Below, in pieces: positions 22,561-32,273 of a stretch of 64,000 nucleotides of DNA. The DNA is from Candidatus Xenobia bacterium (GTDB lineage: Bacteria; Vulcanimicrobiota; Xenobia; Xenobiales; QWHO01). Location: assembly GCA_045863235.1 (NCBI GenBank), contig BTUM01000013.1, forward strand, positions 1 to 64,000, written 5' to 3'. Position 1 is the first letter of the stretch; every line of letters starts with the position of its first letter. Made by a program: the position numbers and the translations under genes. The notes beneath the pieces are model-generated. The model did not search any database. It was given only the letters and a program-made list of their open reading frames with translations, and had not been told where the DNA came from.

Positions 22561-23073
22561 ATGAGCCGCTTCGCTCGCGTCGGCTGGCTGCTGGTCCTGT
22601 ACGGGGTGATCGCGACCATGGCCTGGAGCCAGGGGGCGATTCGCTGGCCCGACTTCTTGCCCCCGAAAGCGGGGGGTCAGCTGGCCTCTTTGAACCGGCA
22701 CCTGGAGAGGAATCCACAAGATGGGTCGGCTTACGCTTTACGGGCCGACTACTGGCTGGACCGTGATGACTTCGTGAGGGCCAGCCAGGACCTGCAGGCG
22801 GCTCTCGACCACGGCTATCTCAAGCCCCCGGTGCACAACAATCTGGCCTGGTCGCTGGCTCACCTGGGCCGCTTCCAGGAGGCTCTGCCCATGGCCCGAG
22901 AGGCTGTTGCTCGCCAGCGGGCCAGTTATTCGTTGGACACGCTGGCCTTCGTCCAGGCGGGTCTTGGCAATCGCGACGAGGCGCTCGAGCTCTATGCTCT
23001 GGCCCTGGCCCTCGACCCCACCGACGATGAGATCCGGGCCAACCGGGCCGCTCTGTTGCGCGCTCAGCCCTGA
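22561..23073 (+). CDS. Exported TPR protein
   Basis: Signal/TM segment; NNLAW and LDTLA TPR motifs. Confidence 0.65.
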   Translation: MSRFARVGWLLVLYGVIATMAWSQGAIRWPDFLPPKAGGQLASLNRHLERNPQDGSAYALRADYWLDRDDFVRASQDLQAALDHGYLKPPVHNNLAWSLAHLGRFQEALPMAREAVARQRASYSLDTLAFVQAGLGNRDEALELYALALALDPTDDEIRANRAALLRAQP

Positions 23074-23124
23074 ATAGAGAAAGGCCCGGACCTTCTCAGG
23101 CCCGGACCCTTCCTGGCGACCGGA

Positions 23125-23358
23125 TCAGCGAGCGAAGTCGATGCCCAGCTGTACCTCGATCAGGGCCTGGTTGATCAGCCCCATGGCCCGCTCCTTGTGG
23201 CCACCCTTGTTGGAGTCAGCCTGACGCAGGTCGTCGAGAGCCGCATTCAGGTCGGCCTTGGCGGCCTGCATATGGGGCTGATCGGCCGAGGCCCGACCGG
23301 CGGTGAATCCGAGGGTGAGGGCGCAGCAGAGCGCCAGAGCGATCGCGAGCTTTCGCAT
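23125..23358 (-). CDS. Small secreted protein
   Basis: Signal peptide ending ASA-DQPHM; NKGGH motif. Confidence 0.7.
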   Translation of the reverse strand: MRKLAIALALCCALTLGFTAGRASADQPHMQAAKADLNAALDDLRQADSNKGGHKERAMGLINQALIEVQLGIDFAR

Positions 23359-23582
23359 TGGAGGGGTGTCCTTTCGTGGGTGAATTGACCGGGGTTCGCC
23401 CTCCGCCGGTGGGGTCCCCCTGTCCATTGTCTGAGTGGGCTCTCCTTATGGCCTTGCACACGTGGACGCGCTGGAACTGCGTTCCCGCCCGTTGGCAACA
23501 GGACGCACACTTTAGTTGACTGGTAACAAAATTTCAATAATCACAGGAATGAAGCGGAGGACTCCGGACGAAGAGATCCGGC

Positions 23583-23631
23583 GCTGGGCCTCTACCGCGA
23601 CCCCCCCCCGACGGTAGAGGCCCAGCTCTTT
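23583..23631 (+). terminator. 15-bp perfect hairpin with C-rich loop followed by TCTTT
   Basis: GCTGGGCCTCTACCG / CGGTAGAGGCCCAGC. Confidence 0.55.
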
Positions 23632-23672
23632 GGTCAAAGAGCGAGGCCCGCGCGCTGGCGGGCCTCAGATGT

Positions 23673-23747
23673 TGGTGGACCGCGAAGGTCTCGAACCTTC
23701 GACACCCTGATTAAAAGTCAGGTGCTCTACCCCTGAGCTAGCGGTCC
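23673..23747 (-). tRNA. tRNA-Lys(TTT)
   Basis: Reverse-strand cloverleaf, CCTGA-CTTTTAA-TCAGG, CCA end. Confidence 0.95.
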
Positions 23748-23753
23748 ATATTG

Positions 23754-23827
23754 CACGCCCGGAGGGGTTCGAACCCCCAACCTACGGCTCCGAAGGCCGT
23801 CGCTCTATCCAGTTGAACTACGGGCGC
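23754..23827 (-). tRNA. tRNA-Arg(TCG), CCA not encoded
   Basis: ACGGC-CTTCGGA-GCCGT anticodon arm; ends G-CAA. Confidence 0.92.
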
Positions 23828-23884
23828 ATGTTTTGTGCCGAGCGAAGGGCCGGGTCGCAAGACCCGGCCCCAGCCCGAGCAATT

Positions 23885-23962
23885 TGGGGTGAGTGACCGG
23901 ACTTGAACCGGCAACCCCTGGTTCCACAGACCAGTACTCTAACCGATTGAGCTACACTCACC
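23885..23962 (-). tRNA. tRNA-His(GTG)
   Basis: CTGGT-CTGTGGA-ACCAG; G-1 and CCCA end. Confidence 0.95.
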
Positions 23963-23973
23963 GTTTAACGTTC

Positions 23974-24049
23974 TGGCGCGCCCAGGAGGATTCGAACCTC
24001 CGACCACCTGCTTAGAAGGCAGATGCTCTATCCCCTGAGCTATGGGCGC
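23974..24049 (-). tRNA. tRNA-Arg(TCT)
   Basis: TCTGC-CTTCTAA-GCAGG; CCA end. Confidence 0.95.
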
Positions 24050-24055
24050 AAGGCC

Positions 24056-24133
24056 TGGTCGGAGCGGCCGGATTCGAACCGGCGACCCCTTGCTCCCAAA
24101 GCAAGTGCGCTAGCCAGGCTGCGCTACGCTCCG
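24056..24133 (-). tRNA. tRNA-Pro(TGG)
   Basis: CTTGC-TTTGGGA-GCAAG; CCA end. Confidence 0.95.
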
Positions 24134-24144
24134 AACTGCCCCCT

Positions 24145-24173
24145 AGTATACAAGCCCGCTGGCACTCAGTCAA
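24145..24173 (-). promoter_or_regulatory. Sigma70-type promoter of the tRNA operon
   Basis: TTGACT-17 bp-TATACT just upstream of tRNA-Pro. Confidence 0.75.
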
Positions 24174-24753
24174 TCAGGGCCTGGATTTGCGAGAACAGAC
24201 CCCGCACTGCCCGGCCCCGGTGGCTCAGTGAATTCTTCACCTCGCTGGGCAGCTCGGCCATGGTGCAGCCGTGCTCGGGCAGGTAGAAGATGGGATCGTA
24301 GCCGAACCCGCCCTCTCCGCGGGGAGCGTAGTTGATCAGCCCCTCCACGGCCCCGGGAGAGACCGTCAGCTGGCCCTGGGCGTCTACCAGCACGGCCACG
24401 CAGCGGAAGCGAGCCGTGCGGAGCTCGTCGGGCAACTCACCCAGTTCTTCGAGCACCAGGGCAATCTTTTCCGAGTGCGGGATGTCGCCGCCGTAGCGGG
24501 CCGACTGCACGCCCGGGCGACCGTCCAGAGCGTCCACCTCCAGGCCGCTGTCGTCGGCCAGCACCGCCAGGCCGGTCTTCTCGTGGTAGTAGCGGGCCTT
24601 CAAAATGGCGTTGCCTTCGAAGGTGGGCTCGGTCTCAACGGGCTCGGGGATGCCCGGGTAGTCGGCCAGGTCCACCAGCCGCACACCGGTCTCCTGCAAT
24701 ATCTCACTCAGCTCGCCCACCTTGTGGCGATTGCCCGTGGCCAGAAGCAGCAT
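24166..24753 (-). CDS. rdgB: Non-canonical purine NTP pyrophosphatase
   Basis: ATGNRHK, ADDSGL, GFGYDPIF, KNSLSHR. Confidence 0.93.
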   Translation of the reverse strand: MLLLATGNRHKVGELSEILQETGVRLVDLADYPGIPEPVETEPTFEGNAILKARYYHEKTGLAVLADDSGLEVDALDGRPGVQSARYGGDIPHSEKIALVLEELGELPDELRTARFRCVAVLVDAQGQLTVSPGAVEGLINYAPRGEGGFGYDPIFYLPEHGCTMAELPSEVKNSLSHRGRAVRGLFSQIQALID

Positions 24754-24758
24754 TTGCT

Positions 24759-25067
24759 TTACTTGTTGGAGTTGATGTGGTTGATTTCGGTCCAGCGCTC
24801 GTCGATCTGCCACTGGATCGTCTTGATGTCCTGGCAGATGGCCAACAGCTCGGGGTTCTTGAGCGCGTTCTGGGTGTAAAGCTCGTAGACCTTGTGGGCT
24901 ACCTCGCGCATCTTGCGCTCTTTCTCCTCGCGCAAGTCCTGCACGTCCATGCGCAGCCGCTGCACACGGAGCATCTTCTCCGAACTGCGCACGGCGGCTT
25001 CCTTGCCCTTTTGCACGCCCTTGCCGACGCCTTTGAGCGACTCCCCGAAGAACTCGATAAATCCCAT
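24759..25067 (-). CDS. Hypothetical coiled-coil protein
   Basis: Lys/Glu-rich helical ORF between hemL and rdgB. Confidence 0.65.
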   Translation of the reverse strand: MGFIEFFGESLKGVGKGVQKGKEAAVRSSEKMLRVQRLRMDVQDLREEKERKMREVAHKVYELYTQNALKNPELLAICQDIKTIQWQIDERWTEINHINSNK

Positions 25068-25084
25068 AACCGTTGGTTTCTCGG

Positions 25085-26329
25085 CTAGGTGCGCGAATCC
25101 TTTCCCGTCAGAACTTCGCGGGCCGCCGCCAGCACCCGCTCCATATCCTCCAGGGTGTGAGCGGCCGAGACGCAGGCGGCATCCCCCGTGGATGGGGGGA
25201 GGTAGATCCCCCTGTCGAGCATGCCATGGAAGAATCGAGCGTACTGGTCGCGGTCGAGCCGAGCGGTGTCGCGCTCGTCGCGCAACCTGGGAGGCCCGAA
25301 GCCGATGCTGAACAGGGAGCCCACGGCCTGGTAGGTAACCCCCAACTCGCGCAGACCGGCCAGGCGCTCGGTCAAGGACTCCAGGCGGGCATAGAAGCCC
25401 GGCTGGGAGTATGCCTTCAGAGCGGCCAGCGCGGCGCGCACCGTGAGGGGGTTGCCGCAGAAGGTGCCAGCCTGGTAGACGGTGCCCACCGGTGCCAGGA
25501 GGTCCATCAGCTCCCGACGCCCTCCAAAGGCGCCCACGGCCAGCCCTCCGGCCAGGGCCTTGCCCAGGCAGGTCAGGTCGGGGGCCACCTGGTAGCGTTC
25601 TTGCGCGCCGCCCAGGGCTACCCGAAAGCCGCACAGCACCTCATCAAAGATCAGCAGGCAGCCGTGCCTCTGGCACAGAGCCCGCAGCCCTTCCAGGAAG
25701 CCCGGGTCGGGGGCGATCACACCCATGCTGCCGGTGACCGGCTCGAGAATGACTGCGGCGACCCGGTCGAGCTCCTGTGCTTGCACCGAATCAAGCGAGT
25801 TGTAACGAGCCACCATGGTTTCTGCGGCCAGAGCCGGGGAGGCGCCCAGGGCCAGGGCCCCGCCGAGCTCGTCGGCCTCCTCGCCGACCGCATCCAGGCA
25901 CTCCACGTGACCGTGGTAGTTGCCCTCGAACTTGAGGATGCGCGAGCGGCCGGTGGCGGCCCGGGCCACCCGCAAGGCGCTGGCCACGGCCTCAGCACCG
26001 GAGTTCACAAAGCGCACCTTCTCCATGGAGGGGTAGCAGCGCCGTACCAGGCGAGCCAGTTCCAGCTCCCAGACGGTGGGGGCTCCGAAAATGGTCCCAT
26101 CCTCCAGGGCTTCGCGCACCGCCTGTGTGATGAGAGGGTGGCTGTGCCCCAAGACCAGAGGTCCCCAGGCGCAGAGCAAGTCCAGGTATTCGCGACCCTC
26201 CACGTCCCACACCCGGCTTCCCTGACCCCGGGCCAGCACCGGCGGGGTCCCGCCCACCTGACCGAAGGAGCGGAACGGGCTGTTGACCCCGCCGGGGATG
26301 ACCTCCTGGAGCTCTTCAAAGACGGACAT
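25085..26329 (-). CDS. hemL: Glutamate-1-semialdehyde 2,1-aminomutase
   Basis: PGGVNSP.R, FVNSG.EA, KFEG.YHGH, FDEV, LGK..GG. Confidence 0.88.
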   Translation of the reverse strand: MSVFEELQEVIPGGVNSPFRSFGQVGGTPPVLARGQGSRVWDVEGREYLDLLCAWGPLVLGHSHPLITQAVREALEDGTIFGAPTVWELELARLVRRCYPSMEKVRFVNSGAEAVASALRVARAATGRSRILKFEGNYHGHVECLDAVGEEADELGGALALGASPALAAETMVARYNSLDSVQAQELDRVAAVILEPVTGSMGVIAPDPGFLEGLRALCQRHGCLLIFDEVLCGFRVALGGAQERYQVAPDLTCLGKALAGGLAVGAFGGRRELMDLLAPVGTVYQAGTFCGNPLTVRAALAALKAYSQPGFYARLESLTERLAGLRELGVTYQAVGSLFSIGFGPPRLRDERDTARLDRDQYARFFHGMLDRGIYLPPSTGDAACVSAAHTLEDMERVLAAAREVLTGKDSRT

Positions 26330-26456
26330 CCGCTGGCCTTTGCAGCTCGACGGGGCCCCTCCTGCCGGTGAAGGAAGAGCGAGCTTAACCGGGGAAGCTA
26401 TGATGGCGCCGCGCACAGGTCTTGCGCGGCGTTGTCCAAAGGCTGAGAAGGGCATT

Positions 26457-27674
26457 ATGGCGAGGTTTGTCTACGAGGCGCTGGACTACAAGGGCCGGGT
26501 AGTCCAGGGCGAGGTCGAGGCGCCCACCGTCGACGCCGTGGTATCGGATCTGCGCAAGATCCGCTACACGGTTACGAACGTGCGCGAGGTTCGCGAGCCG
26601 ATCGCCCAGGTCAAGGCCGTCCTCAGCCGCTTCGAATGGGTTTCCATCTACGCCCTGGCCGTCTTCACACGCCAACTTGCCGTGCTCCTTCACGCCGGCA
26701 TCCCCTTACTGCGGGCCATCGACGGGCTGCGCAAACAGACCTTGAACCCTCGGCTGACCCGGGCCATCACCGAGGTGCATAACGACCTCAAAGCCGGTTA
26801 TTCGCTCTCCAAGGCCCTGGCCAAGCAGCCCGACGTATTCAACCCCATCTACGTCAGCATGATCCGGGCCGGCGAGATGTCGGGCGCCATGGACGAGTTG
26901 CTCAACCGCCTGGCTGCCCTGCTCGAGCGCGAGTTCCAACTGCGCAAGAAGGTGGAGGCAGCGCTCACGTATCCCATCATCGTCTCCATCGCGTGCGTCA
27001 GCCTGTGCATGTTCATGGTGACCTACGTCTTCCCCACCTTTGTGGACCTGTTCAAGGGGATCGACGTCAGCATGCCGGCCGAGACCCGGGCCCTGATCCT
27101 GATCACCAAGACCCTCAACGACCCCACTATCATGCTGCCGGCCCTGCTGGGTCTGGGATTGATGGTCGTGGGTCTGGTGCACTATTTCCGCGCTCCCATC
27201 GGGCGCCGTCAGTGGAGCTGGTTGATGCTCGAGCTGCCACTGGTGGGCCCGGTCACCAAGAAGGTGGCCATGACGCGCCTGTGTCGCACGTTGGGTACGC
27301 TGCTGGTGAGCGGCATTCCCATGATGCACGCTCTGCAGATCACCAGTCACGCCGTCGGCAACGAGGTCATCTCCGACCTTCTCGACGAGATCCAGACCGA
27401 GATGTCGGCCGGAATGAGCCTGTCCGGGCAGTTGATCCAGCACAAGATCTTCCCCCCGATGCTGGTTCACATGGCCAAGGTAGGAGAGGAGACCGGCAAT
27501 CTCCACAACATGCTGCATAAGCTGGCCGACTTTTACGACACAGAAGTCGAGTATGCGCTGATGACGTTCACCGCTCTGCTCGAGCCGGTCCTGATCGGTT
27601 CTCTCGGGCTGGTGGTCGGGTTTGTGCTGGTAGCGGTTTTCAAGCCAATCTACGGGCTGATGTCCGTGTTCTAG
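26457..27674 (+). CDS. pilC: Type IV pilus/T2SS platform protein (PilC/GspF family)
   Basis: FTRQLA.LL.AGIP, AGE.SG, ALTYP, VGEETG, LLEP. Confidence 0.9.
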   Translation: MARFVYEALDYKGRVVQGEVEAPTVDAVVSDLRKIRYTVTNVREVREPIAQVKAVLSRFEWVSIYALAVFTRQLAVLLHAGIPLLRAIDGLRKQTLNPRLTRAITEVHNDLKAGYSLSKALAKQPDVFNPIYVSMIRAGEMSGAMDELLNRLAALLEREFQLRKKVEAALTYPIIVSIACVSLCMFMVTYVFPTFVDLFKGIDVSMPAETRALILITKTLNDPTIMLPALLGLGLMVVGLVHYFRAPIGRRQWSWLMLELPLVGPVTKKVAMTRLCRTLGTLLVSGIPMMHALQITSHAVGNEVISDLLDEIQTEMSAGMSLSGQLIQHKIFPPMLVHMAKVGEETGNLHNMLHKLADFYDTEVEYALMTFTALLEPVLIGSLGLVVGFVLVAVFKPIYGLMSVF

Positions 27675-27684
27675 GAGGCTCCAG

Positions 27685-28104
27685 ATGGTCAGGCGTTGGG
27701 TTTTGTTGCTTCTTCTTCTGACCGGGCTGGCCCGGGCCAACGTGGTGATCGATGATGGGACCGTCCAGGTCGGCGACCCGGACGCGCAAGGCAGTACCGC
27801 TCCCGTTGTCTCGGTCAGCCAGAGTCCGGGCGCACCCCCGGCCGAAGTGCCGGACTCGGGGAGTGCTGGGGTGAGCACCCCCTCGGGGTCGACCGGTAGC
27901 TCGGGCGGAGGGGGATTGTCATCGGGCGGGGCCACGTCGCCCCAGACTACGGGCCAGGAGGACCAGCCCGATGCCCTGGACCAGCCGATGCCATCCCAAA
28001 ACCCTTACACGCTCATCGCGGTGGGCATACTGCTGCTGCTTTTGGCCCTGCTGGGAGGGGCCTACTTTTATCGAAACCGTGATCGAGAGGAGCCTTCTGA
28101 GTAA
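27685..28104 (+). CDS. Small exported protein with Ser/Gly linker and C-terminal TM anchor
   Basis: Signal peptide, low-complexity middle, C-terminal hydrophobic helix followed by basic residues. Confidence 0.6.
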   Translation: MVRRWVLLLLLLTGLARANVVIDDGTVQVGDPDAQGSTAPVVSVSQSPGAPPAEVPDSGSAGVSTPSGSTGSSGGGGLSSGGATSPQTTGQEDQPDALDQPMPSQNPYTLIAVGILLLLLALLGGAYFYRNRDREEPSE

Positions 28105-28251
28105 AAATTGCGCTGAGAAGCCAAAAAACTGGAAGGAGTTCCAGACGGCCTCAAAGAAATGGGGGCTCGCCAATCACTGAGGGGGGAAAAGCCCGACGTG
28201 ATAGAGTTCCCCGACAATGCCTGGGGCATAGGGGGCAAGAGGAGGACAACT

Positions 28252-28575
28252 ATGGCCGTTACCAAGGCGAAACCCAAGACCAAGGTGGTAGGAAAGAAAG
28301 AGATCGTCGACCAGGTCGCCGGCAAGATGACCAAGGATGGTCACGCGATGACCAAGAAAGACGCCGAGAAGTTCATCAATGCGATGACCGAAGCGATCAC
28401 TGAGAGCCTCAGCAAGGGCCACACCGTGCGCCTGATTCCTTTCGGAAACTTCCTGGTTCGTGATCGCGCCGCCCGTTCGGGCCGCAATCCGCGCACCGGC
28501 GCCAAGATCAAGATCGACGCCCGCAAGATCCCGGCTTTCCGCCCGGGTAAGGAACTGCGCGACTCCGTGAAGTAA
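28252..28575 (+). CDS. hup: HU family DNA-binding protein
   Basis: FGNF...R.AR.GRNPRTG....I....P.FRPGK.L; GGAGG RBS. Confidence 0.95.
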   Translation: MAVTKAKPKTKVVGKKEIVDQVAGKMTKDGHAMTKKDAEKFINAMTEAITESLSKGHTVRLIPFGNFLVRDRAARSGRNPRTGAKIKIDARKIPAFRPGKELRDSVK

Positions 28576-28592
28576 GAATTTCCGGGGGTTGT

Positions 28593-28627
28593 AAAGGGAG
28601 CGGGCCAGGTGCCGGCTCCCTTTTTTC
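28593..28627 (+). terminator. Intrinsic terminator after HU gene
   Basis: GGGAGC...GCTCCC followed by a T-tract. Confidence 0.7.
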
Positions 28628-28640
28628 ATGGCGGAAATGA

Positions 28641-28675
28641 AAAATGCCCCGAGCCCGTGGAAGCTCGGGGCATTT
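28641..28675 (-). terminator. Intrinsic terminator of the oxidoreductase operon
   Basis: AATGCCCCGAGC / GCTCGGGGCATT with T-tract on the minus strand. Confidence 0.7.
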
Positions 28676-28687
28676 CACCCTGGACGG

Positions 28688-29725
28688 TCAGGTCTTGCCG
28701 TTGCCCTCGGACACGGTCCACAGGTCGGCCGACCGGAACAACTTGTCCAGGTCCCCGACCCCGCGCTCTTGCAGGGCCTGGTTGAGTTGCCCGGTCAGGG
28801 CGTCCTCGTAGGTGCGTGTCTCGAGGCAGCGGAATACCCCGATCGGCACCGGGTAGGCGGGATAGGTCATGCGCGTCAGGAGATAAGCGGCGCTGGCGTC
28901 GGGGCGTGATTCGTCGTGGACGAGCAGGTCGGCCTCGGTCACCCCGTTGCCCAGTTCGACCACCTCGGGAGTCAGCCCGTTCAGGCGGATACCCTTGCTG
29001 TTGTCCGGCCCGAATACCAGCGGCTTGCCGTGCTCCAGGCGCAACAGGTTCTGTTTCTTTTGCTCCGGTTCGGTCAGGTGGCGCCAGACTCCGTCATTGA
29101 AGATGTTGCAGTTCTGGAAGACCTCCACAAACGAGGTGCCGCGGTGTTGCGCCGCCCGGAGGAGTACTTCGGAAAGGTGTTTGGTCTCCACGTCGATCGA
29201 GCGCGCTACGAAGGTCGCCTCGGCAGCCAGGGCCACGCTCAGGGGATTGAGCGGCTGGTCGATGGTGCCCATCGGGGACGACTTGGTCTTGTGGCCCAGC
29301 CGTGAGGTCGGGGAGTACTGGCCCTTGGTCAGACCGTAGATCTGGTTGTTGAACAGCACGATGTTGACGTCCATGTTGCGACGTAAAATGTGCAGCAGGT
29401 GGTTGCCACCGATGGACAGCCCGTCGCCATCTCCGGTGATCACCCAGACCGAAAGCTCGGGATTGGCGAGCTTCAGACCGGTTGCGAAGGTGGGGGCTCG
29501 GCCGTGAATGCTGTGCATTCCATAGGTTTCCATATAGTAGGGGAAGCGGCTCGAACAGCCGATACCTGAGATGAAGACGATCTTTTCGCGGGGAATGCCC
29601 AGCTCAGGCAGAGTCTTCTGCATCTGGGCCAGGATGGAGTAGTCTCCACAGCCAGGACACCAGCGCACTTCCTGGTTGGATTCGAAGTCCTTCTTGGTGA
29701 GCTTGGGCAGGGTGGCCTCGGTCAT
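28688..29725 (-). CDS. korB: 2-oxoacid:ferredoxin oxidoreductase beta subunit
   Basis: WCPGCGD, SGIGCS, IHGR, GDGD TPP motif. Confidence 0.92.
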   Translation of the reverse strand: MTEATLPKLTKKDFESNQEVRWCPGCGDYSILAQMQKTLPELGIPREKIVFISGIGCSSRFPYYMETYGMHSIHGRAPTFATGLKLANPELSVWVITGDGDGLSIGGNHLLHILRRNMDVNIVLFNNQIYGLTKGQYSPTSRLGHKTKSSPMGTIDQPLNPLSVALAAEATFVARSIDVETKHLSEVLLRAAQHRGTSFVEVFQNCNIFNDGVWRHLTEPEQKKQNLLRLEHGKPLVFGPDNSKGIRLNGLTPEVVELGNGVTEADLLVHDESRPDASAAYLLTRMTYPAYPVPIGVFRCLETRTYEDALTGQLNQALQERGVGDLDKLFRSADLWTVSEGNGKT

Positions 29726-31584
29726 GGCTTCCTTCCTTGTGCTAGAATTTCGTGGATTCGGGTGCGGATTTCGCCAATGGTGAAAGGTCGGCCAAGGACC
29801 TTGGGATAGGAGATGATGTCCAGCCCAAATCGCCCGCGCAGCAGGAAGGCGAGTTGGCCCATATTCATCTCGGGCACCAGGATCTTCTTGTAGCTCCGCA
29901 AGATGCCCTCGAGGTTTCGAGGGAACGGGTTGAGATAGCGAATGTGGGTGGAGGCCACGCTCAGCCCTGCGGCCTGGGCTTGCTGAACGGCCGTGCGGAT
30001 GGCTCCGAAGGTGCTGCCCCAACCGACGACCAGCAGGTCGCCCGAAGAGGGTCCAAAGACTTGCTGCTCTTCGATGGCGTCGGCCAGGCGGGCCACTTTC
30101 TCGGCCCGGTCGGTCACCATTTTGAGGTGGTCCTCGGGTTTGTAGGATACGTTGCCGGTGAGGGGAGCCTTGCCCAGCCCCCCGATGCGGTGCTCCAGGC
30201 CCGGCGTGCCGGGGATGGCCCAGGGGCGAGCCAGGGTACCTTCCTCGCGCCGATAAGGCTGGAAGCCTTCCTTCTCGGTCGGGTGCTTGACCACGATCCG
30301 AGGCAGCGAGGAGGCCTCGGGAATCTTCCAGGGCTCCGAGCTGTTGGCCAGGTAGCCATCCGAGAGCAGGAAGACCGGGGTCATCGAGCGGACGGCCAGT
30401 CGGAAGGCTTCCAGGGCCATGGTGAAACAGTCGGATGGTGTGCAGGGGGCCAGAATCGGGATGGGACTCTCGCCGTTTCGTCCGAAGTAGGCCATCAAGA
30501 GGTCGCTCTGCTCGGTTTTGGTGGGCAGCCCGGTGCTCGGCCCGCCCCGTTGCACATCGATGATGACCATGGGCAATTCCAGCACCAGGGCCAGGTTGAT
30601 GGCTTCCATCTTCAGCTCGATGCCCGGACCGCTGGAGGCGGTCGCGGCCAAGGCGCCCCCGAAGGCGGCACCGATCACCGAGCCCATGGCCGCGATCTCG
30701 TCCTCGGCCTGGAAGGTGCGCACGTCGAAATGCTTCAGCGGAGCCAGCGAGTGCAAGATGTCGCTGGCCGGGGTGATGGGGTAGCTGCCGTAAAAGAGGG
30801 GCTTGCCGGCCAGCCGAGCGGCCGCCACCAGGCCGAGGCTGAGGGCTTCGTTGCCAGTTACCTTACGGTAGGTGCCGGGAGGAAGCTGAGCCGGTCGGAT
30901 CCGATAGCGGTGCTGGAAGGCCTCGGTGGTATCTCCGTAGTTCCAGCCCGCCTTCAGGGCCCGGGTGTTGGCTTCGGCGATGACCGGGTTCTTGAACTTC
31001 TGGCTGATCCACTGGAGGGTCGTATCCAGCGGGCGATCATACATGAAGTAGGTCAGGCCCAGGGCAAAGAAGTTCTTGGTCCGCTCGACCTCCTTGTTGG
31101 ACAGCTCGGTCAGATCGGCCAGGGCCGCCTTGTTGAGCGTGCTGATGGGCACGCTCATTACGCTGTACTTCGAGAGGGAGCCATCTTCCAGGGGATTGCC
31201 TTCGAAGTGGGCCTTCTTGAGGTTCTTGGCCTGAAAGGCATCCGAATTCAGGATCAGAATGCCGCCCGGCTCGAGGTCGGCCAGGTTGGCGGCCAGGGCG
31301 GCCGGGTTCATGGCCACCAGCACGTTGGGGGCATCTCCTGGCGTGAACACATCAGCGTTGGCCAGGTTGACCTGGAAGCCGCTGACACCGGCCAGGGTGC
31401 CGGCCGGAGCACGGATCTCGGCGGGGAAGTCGGGGAACGTGCTGATGTCATTGCCCAGTACGGCCGAAGTGTTGGTGAACTGGGTCCCGGTCAACTGCAT
31501 GCCATCGCCCGAGTCGCCCGAGAATCGGATGATGACGGAATCCAGCTCTTCGAAGGCCAGATCCTGCGGTTTGGTTTCGATCAT
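29722..31584 (-). CDS. korA: 2-oxoacid:ferredoxin oxidoreductase alpha subunit
   Basis: GDSGDG, YPITPAS, QAEDEIA, QRGGPSTGLPT. Confidence 0.92.
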   Translation of the reverse strand: MIETKPQDLAFEELDSVIIRFSGDSGDGMQLTGTQFTNTSAVLGNDISTFPDFPAEIRAPAGTLAGVSGFQVNLANADVFTPGDAPNVLVAMNPAALAANLADLEPGGILILNSDAFQAKNLKKAHFEGNPLEDGSLSKYSVMSVPISTLNKAALADLTELSNKEVERTKNFFALGLTYFMYDRPLDTTLQWISQKFKNPVIAEANTRALKAGWNYGDTTEAFQHRYRIRPAQLPPGTYRKVTGNEALSLGLVAAARLAGKPLFYGSYPITPASDILHSLAPLKHFDVRTFQAEDEIAAMGSVIGAAFGGALAATASSGPGIELKMEAINLALVLELPMVIIDVQRGGPSTGLPTKTEQSDLLMAYFGRNGESPIPILAPCTPSDCFTMALEAFRLAVRSMTPVFLLSDGYLANSSEPWKIPEASSLPRIVVKHPTEKEGFQPYRREEGTLARPWAIPGTPGLEHRIGGLGKAPLTGNVSYKPEDHLKMVTDRAEKVARLADAIEEQQVFGPSSGDLLVVGWGSTFGAIRTAVQQAQAAGLSVASTHIRYLNPFPRNLEGILRSYKKILVPEMNMGQLAFLLRGRFGLDIISYPKVLGRPFTIGEIRTRIHEILAQGRKP

Positions 31585-31721
31585 ATCGTAAGCTCCGTCG
31601 CGTTCAGTCCAGGGAAGAAACCCGCGCGTGTCTTCTCTTCTGAACGTCCCAATCCTCTGGTAAATTCGGCTTTTTCGCGTCCAAAAGGGCGTCGAGCCGA
31701 GTGAGGGGAAAAGGGTGCGCG

Positions 31722-32273
31722 ATGCCGTTCTGTCCCGAGTGCCACCAGGAGCCCGATCAGGGCGCCCGCTGCCCTCTCTGCGGCTTGTTCTATCGCGAGA
31801 GGCATTGCCCCGAGTGCGGTTGGGAGGTCTTTCCCCGGGAGACGTTCTGTGGCGCTTGCGGGGCCGAGCTCGGTAGTCGCGCTCTGGCTCAGGTGCACGC
31901 GCCCATGCAGCCGGCCGGGATCGGACGGCGGGTGGTGGCCACTTGCTTCGACCTGGTCGTGCTGGTGCTGATCACCGAGTTGCTCCAGGTGACCGTGCTA
32001 CCGAGCCCCTGGTTCAGCGTGCTGGTCAGCGGCCTCCTCTACTATGGCTTCTTCCAGGCTCGCGGGCGCCAGACGCTGGGACAGTATGTGCTGCGCCTGA
32101 CTGCCCTGACCAGCGAGCGCTACCCCCTCAAGCTGGCTCAAAGTCTCTTGCGCTCCCTGCTCGGCGCCTTGAGCTGGGCTCTGGTCATCCCCCCTCTGCT
32201 GGCCCTGCGCGACCCTCAGCGGCGTACTCCAGTGGATCGATGGCTGAAGGTACAGGTCTACCTCACCCCGTGA
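31722..32273 (+). CDS. Zinc-ribbon plus RDD family membrane protein
   Basis: Four CxxC motifs; AG..RR..A...D and QTLG RDD motifs. Confidence 0.75.
   Translation: MPFCPECHQEPDQGARCPLCGLFYRERHCPECGWEVFPRETFCGACGAELGSRALAQVHAPMQPAGIGRRVVATCFDLVVLVLITELLQVTVLPSPWFSVLVSGLLYYGFFQARGRQTLGQYVLRLTALTSERYPLKLAQSLLRSLLGALSWALVIPPLLALRDPQRRTPVDRWLKVQVYLTP

Noticed and set aside
29752..31704. 650-aa plus-strand ORF
   Set aside because: Antisense to korA.
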